From: an uncultured Pseudomonadota bacterium
GTDB lineage: Bacteria > Pseudomonadota > Alphaproteobacteria > JACZXZ01
Direction of reading: 5' to 3'
NCBI GenBank assembly: GCA_963749075.1
Contig: CAVVLJ010000016.1
Location: forward strand, 128,001 to 192,000
DNA: 64,000 nucleotides
Positions within the stretch are counted from its first letter, which is position 1. Every line of letters starts with the position of its first letter. Positions 43,809-53,663 of this stretch are shown here, piece by piece. Made by a program: the position numbers and the translations under genes. Under the pieces are notes generated by a model. The model was not told the DNA's origin. It saw nothing but the letters and a program-made list of their open reading frames with translations, and made no database searches.

Positions 43809-45041
43809 TCAGGCGTCGTTTGCGAGCGGGAATTCCCTCAAGATCTCGGATGTGGTGAGGACCAGATGCTCGCCGCTGCGGTCGGCGGGGTCGGCGATGG
43901 CGAGGCGGATGTAGTCGAAGCCGCGGCCGTCGACCGAGACGACGTTATGGTGATAGGTGCCGTCCGGCTCCTCGATGGCACCTAGGGCGTGCTGGCGCAC
44001 CATCTCGGCGTAACGCAGGTCCGCCCGCTCGCGGACGTTCTTGCCCATCACGGCGGGGCCGTTCACCCCCAGGCGGGGACCTACCCAGAGAGAGATGACG
44101 TTCTCTCCCTCCACCCTGAGCAACGCCGAGGTCTCGAGGATCTCCAGGCGCGAGGCGATCTGCACCAGGCGGCCAGGCTGACGCCGCGACAGGCGCGAGG
44201 CCGCGAGGAGCGCAGCCAGGCGCTTGCTCTTGATGGCGTCGAGCGGCAGGCGCTCGCTGCGCCATTTGAAATCTCTGCGCCGCGGCCCGGCGATCGGCAC
44301 TCCGTCGAGCGCCGCCGCCGCCGAGGCGACGCTGGGGTGTGCTGCCTCGATCCATTGGCCGTCGATCTCGACGCGGCGGCGCACCGAGAGCACGGCCTCG
44401 CCCAGTCCGAGCAGCCAATCGCGCGCGCGGATCGCCGCGACGCGATCGACGGCGAGGTCGTTGTAGGCCAGGATCGCCGCGCGGTCCGCGCAGAGCGTGA
44501 TGGCGATCCAGCCGAGATTGCGCATCACATAGGCGGCCTGATCGCTCGGATGATGCTTGGACAAGCCGAGGCTGCGGCGCGCGTACTCGGCGTGGCCGGC
44601 GGGTGCGCTCTCGATGTCGCCCACGTCGGTCGACCAGAACCAGCGGTCTCCCGCCGCCTCGCCGGCAAGCTTGGCCACCATGCGCTCGACGAGCGGCGGC
44701 AGCGCCGAGAAATCCCGCTCCGTCGCACTCTCCCGCGCGCGCTCGGCGAGATCGTCGCGCCCCGAGCGGCGCAGCACGAGCTCGAGCACCTCCGGATAGC
44801 TGCTGGCGAGCCTGACGAGATCGTACCACGCCTTGGGACAATTGCCGTTGCGATAGCGCCCGATGGTCGTCGGGTGCCGCTCGGTCACCGGCGCGAGCCG
44901 CTTGTTGGCGCCATAGCCGTTGGTGATCGAGCGCAGAATCCTGGAGACTTCGCGCGCGAATTGTTCGGGCGGCGGGACGAAATCGGCGGGCCTTTTTTGC
45001 TCCAATTCCGAGCTTTTTTGCTGCAGTTGTATCTGGCGCAT
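43809..45041 (-). CDS. Hypothetical regulator with an N-terminal HTH-like segment and a C-terminal PAS-like domain
   Basis: ANKRLAPVTERHPTTIGRYRNG (HTH-like); C-terminal VMGKNVRE...DYIRLAIADP (PAS-like); SD GAGGAGG. Confidence 0.55.
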   Translation of the reverse strand: MRQIQLQQKSSELEQKRPADFVPPPEQFAREVSRILRSITNGYGANKRLAPVTERHPTTIGRYRNGNCPKAWYDLVRLASSYPEVLELVLRRSGRDDLAERARESATERDFSALPPLVERMVAKLAGEAAGDRWFWSTDVGDIESAPAGHAEYARRSLGLSKHHPSDQAAYVMRNLGWIAITLCADRAAILAYNDLAVDRVAAIRARDWLLGLGEAVLSVRRRVEIDGQWIEAAHPSVASAAAALDGVPIAGPRRRDFKWRSERLPLDAIKSKRLAALLAASRLSRRQPGRLVQIASRLEILETSALLRVEGENVISLWVGPRLGVNGPAVMGKNVRERADLRYAEMVRQHALGAIEEPDGTYHHNVVSVDGRGFDYIRLAIADPADRSGEHLVLTTSEILREFPLANDA

Positions 45042-45528
45042 GACTTGCCTCCTCGTCCCGCGGCACCTAAGTCAATCGAGAGTACTGTCCGGCAAGGCTT
45101 GAGTAAGGCGATCCTTATTCCGGCGATCGGGCTCACCCAGGCTCGAGAATAGCCTGGACCGCTTGTCCAAGAGTCGAGAGTAGCAAATGGAAGCCCCTGC
45201 GACTACCGCCTTTCTACGCGCCTGACGGTCGCCGCCCCCCGAAAATTACCTTTGTATTGCACCGCGATTTCAAGATTTGGCCTGCTCGTTGCGCGAGCCT
45301 ATCTGGAAAATTGTGGAAGCGTGGCGGCGGCACAGTTGCCGGTTGTGGATACAACGGTCAAATTGCGGAATTTATTCGGCCGATACTTCAAGAAATGGTG
45401 CTTTACTATTGCGACGCGAAGAAGATTTTATATATCATACTTAGCTCGGGGGCACGGTTGGGGCGGCGCGCGGCTCGAGCGGGGACGCGGTGCGCGCGGC
45501 TTGATTGGTCGGCGGCGGAGGCCTCATC

Positions 45529-46002
45529 GTGGCAGATGACAGCCAGCTTGTCGTCTTCACACTCGATGATCGGCGCTACGGGCTTCCATTGCCCTCCGTC
45601 GAGCGAATCATCCCCGCCGTCGAGCTAGTGCCGCTCCCCAAGGCACCCGACATCGTGCTCGGCGTCATGAGTCTTCAGGGACGCATCGTGCCGGTTGTCG
45701 ACATCCGCACGCGCTTCGGACTGGCGGCGCGCGAAATGGCGGCGAGCGATCACATCGTCGTCGCGCACTCGGCGAGACGGATCGTGGCGCTGCTCGTGGA
45801 CCGGGTCGAGGGCACGCTCGACTATGCGCCGGGCGAGCTGATCGAGGCGACCGCCATCCTCCCCGGGATGCGCTATGTCGCAGGCGTGATAGCACTCAAG
45901 GACGGCATGGTGCTCATCCACGACCTCGATGCCCTTCTCTCGCTCGATGAGGAGGCCGCACTTGCCGCGGCTCTCGCAGCACCGGCGGGGGCGTCCCCAT
46001 GA
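45529..46002 (+). CDS. cheW: CheW adaptor (WspB-like)
   Basis: LVVFTL...YGLP..SVERI, GVMSLQGRIVPVVD; GTG start after GGAGG. Confidence 0.9.
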   Translation: MADDSQLVVFTLDDRRYGLPLPSVERIIPAVELVPLPKAPDIVLGVMSLQGRIVPVVDIRTRFGLAAREMAASDHIVVAHSARRIVALLVDRVEGTLDYAPGELIEATAILPGMRYVAGVIALKDGMVLIHDLDALLSLDEEAALAAALAAPAGASP

Positions 46003-47504
46003 GCGAGGCACTCCCTGCGGCGTTGCTCGGCGAGCTCAGCGAATTTCTTGGCGCCCGGCTTGGCCTGGAGTTTCCCAGGGAGCGCTGGCAGGGCCTCGAG
46101 CGCGCCTTGCTTTCGGCGTCGCGCGAGCTCGACTTCGGCGACGTGGAGTCCTGCGTGCGGACTCTCTTGTCACAACCGCTCGCGCGCCGGGAGATAGAGA
46201 CGCTGGCGAGCCACCTCACGGTGGGGGAGACCTATTTCTTTCGCGAGCCGAGGGCGTTCGAGGCGCTCGAGCGGGACATCCTGCCGGAGCTGATCGCCCG
46301 CCGCCGGCGGGACAACCGGGTGCTCAGGCTGTGGAGCGCCGGATGCTGCACGGGCGAGGAGCCTTACTCCCTCGCGATCCTTCTCGACCGCCTCATCCCG
46401 GACCTCGCCGAGTGGCGCGTGACGATCCTCGGGACGGACATCAACCCGCGCTTTCTCAACCGGGCGTCAGCGGGCGTCTACGGCGAGTGGTCGTTCCGCG
46501 GCGTGGCGCCCGAGGTGCGGGCGCGGCACTTCCGCAAGACGTTGGCGGGACGCTACGAGATCCTGCCGCACATCCGGCGCATGGTCAGCTTCTCTTATCT
46601 CAACCTCGCGGAGGATTCCTATCCGGCGCTGCTCAACGATACCACTGCGATGGACGTGGTGTTCTGCCGCAACGTCCTCATGTACTTCAAGCCGGAGCGC
46701 GCCGAGCGCGTCTGCCGCGCCCTGGAGCGTGCGCTCGTGGTCGGGGGCTGGCTGGCCGTGAGCCCCGTCGAGGCCTCGCTCGCGCTCTTTCACGAGCTGG
46801 TGCCGGTGCAGTTCCCGGGCGGCACGCTCTATCGCAGGGAGAATGGTGCGTCGCCGGTCGCTCAGGCGCTCCTCCCCCTCGCCGGGGCGCGCGAGCCGGA
46901 GCTTCCCCGCTTCGCGCCGACGGGGCCGGTCGAGCCGCTGCCGCTGCCGGCCGCGGCGGAGAATCTCTCCGCCCGCGAGACGGCCGCGGAGCCGCCCAAG
47001 GCGGAGGCAGCGTCTGCCTTTGCGGCGGCGGCACCGCCCGATGCGGAGGAGCGCCGGGGCGACGCGGCGGGCCGCGGCTCGACAAACGGCGAGGCCGGCC
47101 AGACGCAGTCGATCGAGCTTCTCGCCCGCGCCGCGGCCAATCAGGGGAAGCTCGGCGAGGCGCTCGAGTGGTGCGAGCGGGGCATCGCGGCGAACAAGCT
47201 CGACACGGGGTTGCACTATTTGCGCGCCATGGTCCAGCTCGAGCTCGGCGCGAGCTCGGAGGCCGCCGCCTCGCTCAAGCGGGCGCTCTATTTGGCACCG
47301 GATCTGGTGGTGGCCCATTTCGCCCTGGCAGGCCTCGCGCAGAGGGACGGCAAGGCGCAGGACGCCCGCAGACACTACGCCAATGCGCTGGCATTCCTGA
47401 GAAAGCGCGCGCCCGAGGAGGTCGTGCCCGAGTCCGAGGGCATGACCGTGACGCAGCTCGCCGAGCTCATCGCGCGCGCGCGACTGGTCGGAGCCGCCCA
47501 ATGA
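45999..47504 (+). CDS. cheR: CheR methyltransferase with C-terminal TPR (WspC-like)
   Basis: TVGETYFFRE, WSAGCCTGEEPYS, GTDIN, FCRNVLMYF; ALYLAPD..VAHF TPR region. Confidence 0.93.
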   Translation: MSEALPAALLGELSEFLGARLGLEFPRERWQGLERALLSASRELDFGDVESCVRTLLSQPLARREIETLASHLTVGETYFFREPRAFEALERDILPELIARRRRDNRVLRLWSAGCCTGEEPYSLAILLDRLIPDLAEWRVTILGTDINPRFLNRASAGVYGEWSFRGVAPEVRARHFRKTLAGRYEILPHIRRMVSFSYLNLAEDSYPALLNDTTAMDVVFCRNVLMYFKPERAERVCRALERALVVGGWLAVSPVEASLALFHELVPVQFPGGTLYRRENGASPVAQALLPLAGAREPELPRFAPTGPVEPLPLPAAAENLSARETAAEPPKAEAASAFAAAAPPDAEERRGDAAGRGSTNGEAGQTQSIELLARAAANQGKLGEALEWCERGIAANKLDTGLHYLRAMVQLELGASSEAAASLKRALYLAPDLVVAHFALAGLAQRDGKAQDARRHYANALAFLRKRAPEEVVPESEGMTVTQLAELIARARLVGAAQ

Positions 47505-48139
47505 GGACACCGCCCGAAGCCACCTCGCGCAAGCCGCGCGCCGCGGTCGACTGGCTGGAGATTCATCGCCGCATGGCCGCCGCGGCCGCGGCCGTCGAGC
47601 GCGGCGCCAGCCCGACGCGCGAGGAGCTGCAGCGCATCCTGCGCAGGCGGGCGGAGAAGCTTGCAAGTCGGCAGGCCCCCCGGCCGCAGGCGGGCGAGAC
47701 CATCGAGATCCTGGAGTTCGCATTGGCGAGCGAGCGATACGGCGTCGAGACGGTCCACATCCGCGAGGTCGCGCCGCTTGCGGCGCTGACGCCGATGCCC
47801 TGCGTGCCGCCGTTCGTGCTCGGCATCACGAGCCTGCGAGCACGCGTGCTGGCGCTCATCGATCTCAAGAAATTCTTCGAGCTGCCCGAGCAGGGCCTCA
47901 CCAACGTGAACCGCATCATCGTGCTCGGTAGTGAGGACACGGCCGTGGGGCTTCTCGCCGACGCGGTCATCGGCGTTCGCAGTTGCAGCATCGGCGAGCT
48001 CCAAACGTCGCTGCCCACCTTGACTGGACTGCGTGCGGACTATCTCAAGGGGATCGGGCCGGACGGCGTGGCCGTCCTCGATGCGCAAAAGCTGCTCGCC
48101 GACTCGAGACTCGTCGTTCACGAAGACGTGAGGGCTTAA
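47501..48139 (+). CDS. cheW: CheW adaptor (WspD-like)
   Basis: [11 protein letters not shown]-terminal extension, [27 protein letters not shown]. Confidence 0.9.
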   Translation: MRTPPEATSRKPRAAVDWLEIHRRMAAAAAAVERGASPTREELQRILRRRAEKLASRQAPRPQAGETIEILEFALASERYGVETVHIREVAPLAALTPMPCVPPFVLGITSLRARVLALIDLKKFFELPEQGLTNVNRIIVLGSEDTAVGLLADAVIGVRSCSIGELQTSLPTLTGLRADYLKGIGPDGVAVLDAQKLLADSRLVVHEDVRA

Positions 48140-48188
48140 GTCTGCCGGAAGGAGCGCTGGGGCCGCGGCACGGCCCGAAGGGGGTTTC

Positions 48189-49643
48189 ATGAAGCTTACG
48201 GTCGGCGCGAAGATCTGGGCCTGCCTCGGCGCGATCCTTGTCATCCTGATCATTGTCGGGTTGGTCTCCTATCGCAGCACCTTGAAGCTGATGGACACGG
48301 CGGACCTCGTGGACCACACGCACAGCGTCATCGGCGCGCTCACCGATTTGCGCTCGACGTTGGACGACGCGGAGACCGGGGCGCGCGGCTACGTCGTCAC
48401 CGGCGAGGATCCCTATCTGGCACCCTATACCGACGCGCTCCGCAGGCTCGACCACAATATCGAGGCTCTCAAGGATCTGACCGCCGATAACCCGGTGCAG
48501 CAACGCAACATCGAGCAGATCCGCCCGCTCATCGCCGAGAAACTCGCGGCGCTCAAGGAGGCCGTCGATGCGCGGCGGGACAAGGGGTTCGAGCCGGCGC
48601 GGCAGCTCGTGGTGGCCGGCGCGGGCAAGACCGCCATGGATAATTTCCGGCGCCTCGCGGGCGAGATGGAAGCCGTCGAGCGGCAGCTCTTGGCGCAGCG
48701 AGCGGCGGAGGCGAAGGCAAGCTCGGACATGGCCGCCATGATCACGGTCGCCGGCATGCTCTTCGCCTGCGTGTTCGTGGCCGCCAGCGGCTGGTACCTC
48801 ACGCAAAGCATCGCCAGGCCGCTCAAGGAGGGCGTCAACGTTCTGGCTGCTGCTGCGGGGGAGATCGTGACGATCACGACGCAAGTGGCGTCGGGGTCGG
48901 CGGAGACGATGGCGGCGCTGACGGAGACGAGCTCGACGATGGAGGAGGTGAAGAAGACGGCGCAGGTGGCGAGCGACAAGGCGCGCTACGTCTCGGAGAC
49001 GGCGCAGAAGACGGTCGAGGTGTCGGAGAGCGGGCGGCGTGCGGTCGAGCAGTCGATCGCGGGGGTGAGCCGGGTGCGCGAGCAGATGGAGGAGGTTGCG
49101 GAGACGATCGTGCGGCTGAGCGAGCAGAGCCAGGCGATCGGGGAGATCGTGGCGACGGTGAACGATCTTTCGGAGCAGTCGAACCTGTTGGCGGTGAACG
49201 CGGCGATCGAGGCGGCGAAGGCGGGGGAGCAGGGCAGGGGGTTTGCGGTGGTGGCGCAGGAGGTACGCAGTCTCGCGGAGCAGTCGAAGCAGGCGACGAC
49301 GCAGGTGCGGACGGTTTTGGGGGAGATGCAGAAGGCGACGTCGGCGGCGGTGCTGGCGGTGGAGCAGGGGAGCAAGGCGGTGGAGGCGGGGGTTCAGCAG
49401 TCGCGCGAGGCAGGAGAGACGATCCAGCAGCTTGCGCGGAGCATCGCGGAGGCGGCGCAGGCGGCGACGCAGATCGCGGCGTCGAGCCAGCAGCAGCAGG
49501 TCGGCATGGACCAGGTTGCGCTGGCGATGGAGAACATCCGCCAGGCGAGCGCGCAGAACGCGAGCGGCACGAAGCAGGCCGAGGGTGCCGCCCACAACCT
49601 CAACGAGCTCGGCCTCAAGCTGAAGCTCATGGTGGGAACGTAG
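48189..49643 (+). CDS. Methyl-accepting chemotaxis protein with a CHASE3-like sensor and no HAMP
   Basis: TM1, [18 protein letters not shown]2, [27 protein letters not shown]. Confidence 0.93.
   Translation: MKLTVGAKIWACLGAILVILIIVGLVSYRSTLKLMDTADLVDHTHSVIGALTDLRSTLDDAETGARGYVVTGEDPYLAPYTDALRRLDHNIEALKDLTADNPVQQRNIEQIRPLIAEKLAALKEAVDARRDKGFEPARQLVVAGAGKTAMDNFRRLAGEMEAVERQLLAQRAAEAKASSDMAAMITVAGMLFACVFVAASGWYLTQSIARPLKEGVNVLAAAAGEIVTITTQVASGSAETMAALTETSSTMEEVKKTAQVASDKARYVSETAQKTVEVSESGRRAVEQSIAGVSRVREQMEEVAETIVRLSEQSQAIGEIVATVNDLSEQSNLLAVNAAIEAAKAGEQGRGFAVVAQEVRSLAEQSKQATTQVRTVLGEMQKATSAAVLAVEQGSKAVEAGVQQSREAGETIQQLARSIAEAAQAATQIAASSQQQQVGMDQVALAMENIRQASAQNASGTKQAEGAAHNLNELGLKLKLMVGT
48858..49624 (+). 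repeat. Near-identical MCP signalling-domain repeat, copy 1
   Basis: 767 bp matching 50552-51318 (offset 1694); three mismatches found by eye. Confidence 0.9.
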
Positions 49644-49734
49644 CGGGCGTGACGGCTGCCCTCACGGCGCGCGGGGCACGAGGGAGCGGAGCGGCGGCCG
49701 TGGGGCGGCCGTGCGGCACGAAGGAGGGGCGAGT

Positions 49735-51346
49735 ATGAGGTTCACGGTCGGCGCGCGAATCTGGGCCAACTTCGGCGCGGTGCTGGTGATCCTGATCGTC
49801 TTGGGCGTCGTCTCCTACCGCAGCATCGCGACGCTCACGGACGCGATGGACTCGGTGGATCGCACGTTCACGGTCATCGGCAGGTTGACCGACCTGCTCT
49901 CGGCACTTCAGGAAACCGAGGCCGGCCAGCGCGGCTACCTGCTCACAGGCGCCGACCGCTATCTTGAGCCCTATGAGAGCGGCTTGAAAAAGATCGACGC
50001 GGACGTTGGCGAGATCAGAACGCTCACCGCCAACGAGCCGGCCCAGCAGGGCAAGCTCGACGCGCTCCACCCCCTCATCGCGGCCAAGCTCGCCGAGCTC
50101 AAGGAGGCCATCGATCTGCGTCGGACCAAGGGCCTCGATGCGGCGCTGCAGGTCGTCCTGACCGATGCCAGCAAGAAAGCCATGGACGACATCCGCAAGA
50201 CGATCGGCGACATGAGCGGTGTCGAGAGCGCGCGGCTCGAGCAGCGCAATCGGGATGCGCAGGCAAGCGCCAGCGGCGCCACGGCGGTCGCGGTGATCGG
50301 CATTCTCCTCGCGTGTGCCGTCTCCATCGTCGGCGGCTGGTTCCTCTGGCAGAGCGTCTCGCGACCGCTCAGGGCGCTCTCGATCGTCGCGGAGTTCGGC
50401 CGCAAGCGGAGATCTGATGGCCGCCATACCCGCCAGTGCGAGTGCCGACGAGGTCGGCATGCTGACCGAGGCCTTCCGAGGGATGCTGGCAAATCTGAAG
50501 ACGATGATCGGGAGAGTCCACGAGGGGACCGGCGTCTTGGCCGCGGCGGCCGGGGAGATCGTGACGATCACGACGCAGGTGGCGTCGGGGTCGGCGGAGA
50601 CGATGGCGGCGCTGACGGAGACGAGCTCGACGATGGAGGAGGTGAAGAAGACGGCGCAGGTGGCGAGCGACAAGGCGCGCTACGTCTCGGAGACGGCGCA
50701 GAAGACGGTCGAGGTGTCGGAGAGCGGGCGGCGTGCGGTCGAGCAGTCGATCGCGGGGGTGAGCCGGGTGCGCGAGCAGATGGAGGAGGTTGCGGAGACG
50801 ATCGTGCGGCTGAGCGAGCAGAGCCAGGCGATCGGGGAGATCGTGGCGACGGTGAACGATCTTTCGGAGCAGTCGAACCTGTTGGCGGTGAACGCGGCGA
50901 TCGAGGCGGCGAAGGCGGGGGAGCAGGGCAGGGGGTTTGCGGTGGTGGCGCAGGAGGTACGCAGTCTCGCGGAGCAGTCGAAGCAGGCGACGACGCAGGT
51001 GCGGACGGTTTTGGGGGAGATGCAGAAGGCGACGTCGGCGGCGGTGCTGGCGGTGGAGCAGGGGAGCAAGGCGGTGGAGGCGGGGGTTCAGCAGTCGCGC
51101 GAGGCAGGAGAGACGATCCAGCAGCTTGCGCGGAGCATCGCGGAGGCGGCGCAGGCGGCGACGCAGATCGCGGCGTCGAGCCAGCAGCAGCAGGTCGGCA
51201 TGGACCAGGTTGCGCTGGCGATGGAGAACATCCGCCAGGCGAGCGCGCAGAATGCGAGCGGCACGAAGCAGGCCGAGGGTGCCGCCCGCAACCTCAACGA
51301 GCTCGGCCTCAAGCTGAAAGCGGCCGTCGGCCAATACAGGATTTGA
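49735..51346 (+). pseudogene. MCP (CHASE3-HAMP-signalling) with an apparent +1 frameshift near 50395
   Basis: The sensor and TM2 frame reads ...[11 protein letters not shown]; the next frame reads AASGDL...[14 protein letters not shown] (HAMP) plus the signalling domain; deleting one T at 50395-50396 restores the ORF. Confidence 0.85.
50552..51318 (+). repeat. Near-identical MCP signalling-domain repeat, copy 2
   Basis: Matches 48858-49624. Confidence 0.9.
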
Positions 51347-51358
51347 GCGGAGCGCCCT

Positions 51359-53650
51359 ATGGCCCCAACCGACAAGGATCTGCTCAAGCGGCTCTTGGCG
51401 ACGTTCGCCGTCGAGGCCGACGAGCACATCCGCGCGCTCTCGGGCGGGCTCATCGAGCTCGAGAAGGCGCCGCATGCCGAAAGGCGGCGGGAGGTCGTCG
51501 AGCGCATCTTCCGCGAGGTGCACAGCCTGAAGGGGGCCGCGAGAGCGGTCAACCACGCCGGCGTGCAGAGCATCTCGCATGCGCTGGAAAACGTCTTCGC
51601 GGCGCTCAAACGGAGCAGCCTGGCCGCGACGCCCGATCTCCTCGATCTCCTCCATCACGCCGCCACGGCCTTGAAGGGTGCCGTGGCGGCGGGCGGCGGC
51701 GGTGCAGCCGGCGAGAGTTCGGGCGTGCCGGCGCTGATCGATCGCCTCGACGCCGCTGCGAAGGGCGCCTCCGGCCGCGCAGGCGCGGCGGCGGCGGCCG
51801 GGACGCAGCAGGAAGGCGGGGCGGTGCGCGGCGTGGAAGCGGCCGCGGCCGAGCGGCCAGCCACCGCACCGGCGGCCACGGTCAGGATCGCCACCTCCAG
51901 ACTGGACGCGCTCCTGCGCCAGGCCGAGGAGCTGATCTCCGCGAAGCTCACCGCCGAGCAACGCGTCGCGGACGCGCGCGAGCTGGTGAGCGGCCTCGCG
52001 GCCCGCATCAAGGCGCGGCAGGCCGTGCGCCGCCACGCCGCCGCCGCGCGCGGCGGCCTTGCGAAGGCGGAAGGCGGCCCGTCGCGCCGGCACATCGACG
52101 ATGACGTGAGGCGCCTCCTCGATTCGAACGCGGAGGACGAGCGCGTGCTGCAATCCCTCCTCGGCAAGACCACGGCATTGGCCGCGTCGGTCGAGCGCGA
52201 CCAGCGGGCGCTCGCCAAGATGGTCGACAGCCTGCTCGAGGACGCCAAGAAGGCGCTCATGGTGCCGTTCTCGGCGCTCCTCGAGCAGCTTCCGGGCCTC
52301 GTGCGCGATCTCTCGCGCGCCCAGGGCAAGGAGGTCGATCTCCGCCTCAGCGGCGAGCACATCGAGCTCGACCGGCGCATCCAGGAGGAGCTCAAGGACC
52401 CCCTCGTGCATCTGGTGCGCAACTGCGTCGACCACGGCATCGAGGCACCGGCAGCGCGGCTCGGCACGGGAAAGCCGCGGCGCGGCACGATCGCGATTGC
52501 CGTCTCGCAAAGAGAGGCGGGCAAGGCCGAGATCGCCATCTCGGACGACGGCGCCGGCATCGACGCCGCGAAGGTGCGCGCCGCGGCCCTGCGCTTGGGA
52601 ACCGTCACGGCCGAGGAGGCCGCAGCTCTCGACGACAGGGCGGCGCTGCCGCTGGTCTTCCGCTCCGGCCTCTCGACCAGCCCCATCCTCACGGACGTCT
52701 CGGGCCGCGGGCTCGGGCTCGCCATCGTCCAGGAAAAGGTCGAGCGCCTGGGCGGGAGCCTGGCGCTCGAGTCGGAGCCCGCGCAAGGCACCACCTTCAG
52801 GCTCGTGCTGCCGGTGACGCTCGCGGCGTTCCGCGGCGTCGTCGTCCGCGTGGAGCGCGGCACCTTCATCCTGCCGATCAACAACGTGGAGCGCGTGGCG
52901 CGGCTCCCGCCCGCGGAGATCAAGTCGGTCGAGAACCGCGAGACCGTGCGGATCGGCGGCCGCACGCTTTCCCTCGTGCGCTTGCAGGACGTGCTCGAGC
53001 TTCCGGTCTCGCCCGCCGCCTCCGCAGGCGAGCGGCAATGCGTCGTCGTGCTGGCATCGGGGGGCGAGCGCATCGCCATCGCCGTCGATGCCATCGTCGG
53101 CGATCAGGAGGTGCTCGTCAAAGGGCTGGGGAGCCAGCTCTCCCGCGTGCGCAACGTGGCGGGCGCCTCGCTTTTGGGCAGCGGCGTTCTGGCACCCGTC
53201 CTCAATGCGCGGGATCTCATGATCTCGGCGAGCCATGCTAAGGCGCGCGCCGGCGCCGGAGCGCCGCCGGCGGAGGACGAGCAGCATCAGAAGGCGGTCC
53301 TCATCGTCGAGGATTCGATCACGGCGCGGACGCTCTTGAAGAACATCCTCGAGTCGGCCGGCTATCGCGTGCGCACGGCGGTCGACGGCATCGAAGCCTG
53401 GACCGCGCTCAAGAGCGAGGAGTTCGACCTCGTGGTGTCCGACGTGGAAATGCCGAGAATGGACGGCTTCGGCCTCACGGCCCGCATCCGCGAGGACAAG
53501 CGCCTCGCCGAGCTGCCGGTCGTGCTGGTGACGGCGCTCGAATCGCGCGAGGACCGGGAGCGCGGCATCGACGCGGGCGCCGACGCCTATATCGTCAAGA
53601 GCAGCTTCGACCAGAGCAACCTGCTGGACGTCGTGGAACGGCTGATATGA
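51359..53650 (+). CDS. cheA: Hybrid CheA with receiver domain (WspE-like)
   Basis: HPt VHSLKG, HLVRNCVDHGIE, DDGAG, SGRGLG, CheW domain, C-terminal REC (SDVEMP). Confidence 0.95.
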   Translation: MAPTDKDLLKRLLATFAVEADEHIRALSGGLIELEKAPHAERRREVVERIFREVHSLKGAARAVNHAGVQSISHALENVFAALKRSSLAATPDLLDLLHHAATALKGAVAAGGGGAAGESSGVPALIDRLDAAAKGASGRAGAAAAAGTQQEGGAVRGVEAAAAERPATAPAATVRIATSRLDALLRQAEELISAKLTAEQRVADARELVSGLAARIKARQAVRRHAAAARGGLAKAEGGPSRRHIDDDVRRLLDSNAEDERVLQSLLGKTTALAASVERDQRALAKMVDSLLEDAKKALMVPFSALLEQLPGLVRDLSRAQGKEVDLRLSGEHIELDRRIQEELKDPLVHLVRNCVDHGIEAPAARLGTGKPRRGTIAIAVSQREAGKAEIAISDDGAGIDAAKVRAAALRLGTVTAEEAAALDDRAALPLVFRSGLSTSPILTDVSGRGLGLAIVQEKVERLGGSLALESEPAQGTTFRLVLPVTLAAFRGVVVRVERGTFILPINNVERVARLPPAEIKSVENRETVRIGGRTLSLVRLQDVLELPVSPAASAGERQCVVVLASGGERIAIAVDAIVGDQEVLVKGLGSQLSRVRNVAGASLLGSGVLAPVLNARDLMISASHAKARAGAGAPPAEDEQHQKAVLIVEDSITARTLLKNILESAGYRVRTAVDGIEAWTALKSEEFDLVVSDVEMPRMDGFGLTARIREDKRLAELPVVLVTALESREDRERGIDAGADAYIVKSSFDQSNLLDVVERLI

Positions 53651-53663
53651 CGGTGCCGATCGC

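Noticed and set aside
48858-51318. Diversity-generating retroelement TR/VR pair
   Set aside because: No reverse transcriptase, both copies are in-frame conserved MCP domains, and three mismatches are too few to show adenine-specific mutagenesis.
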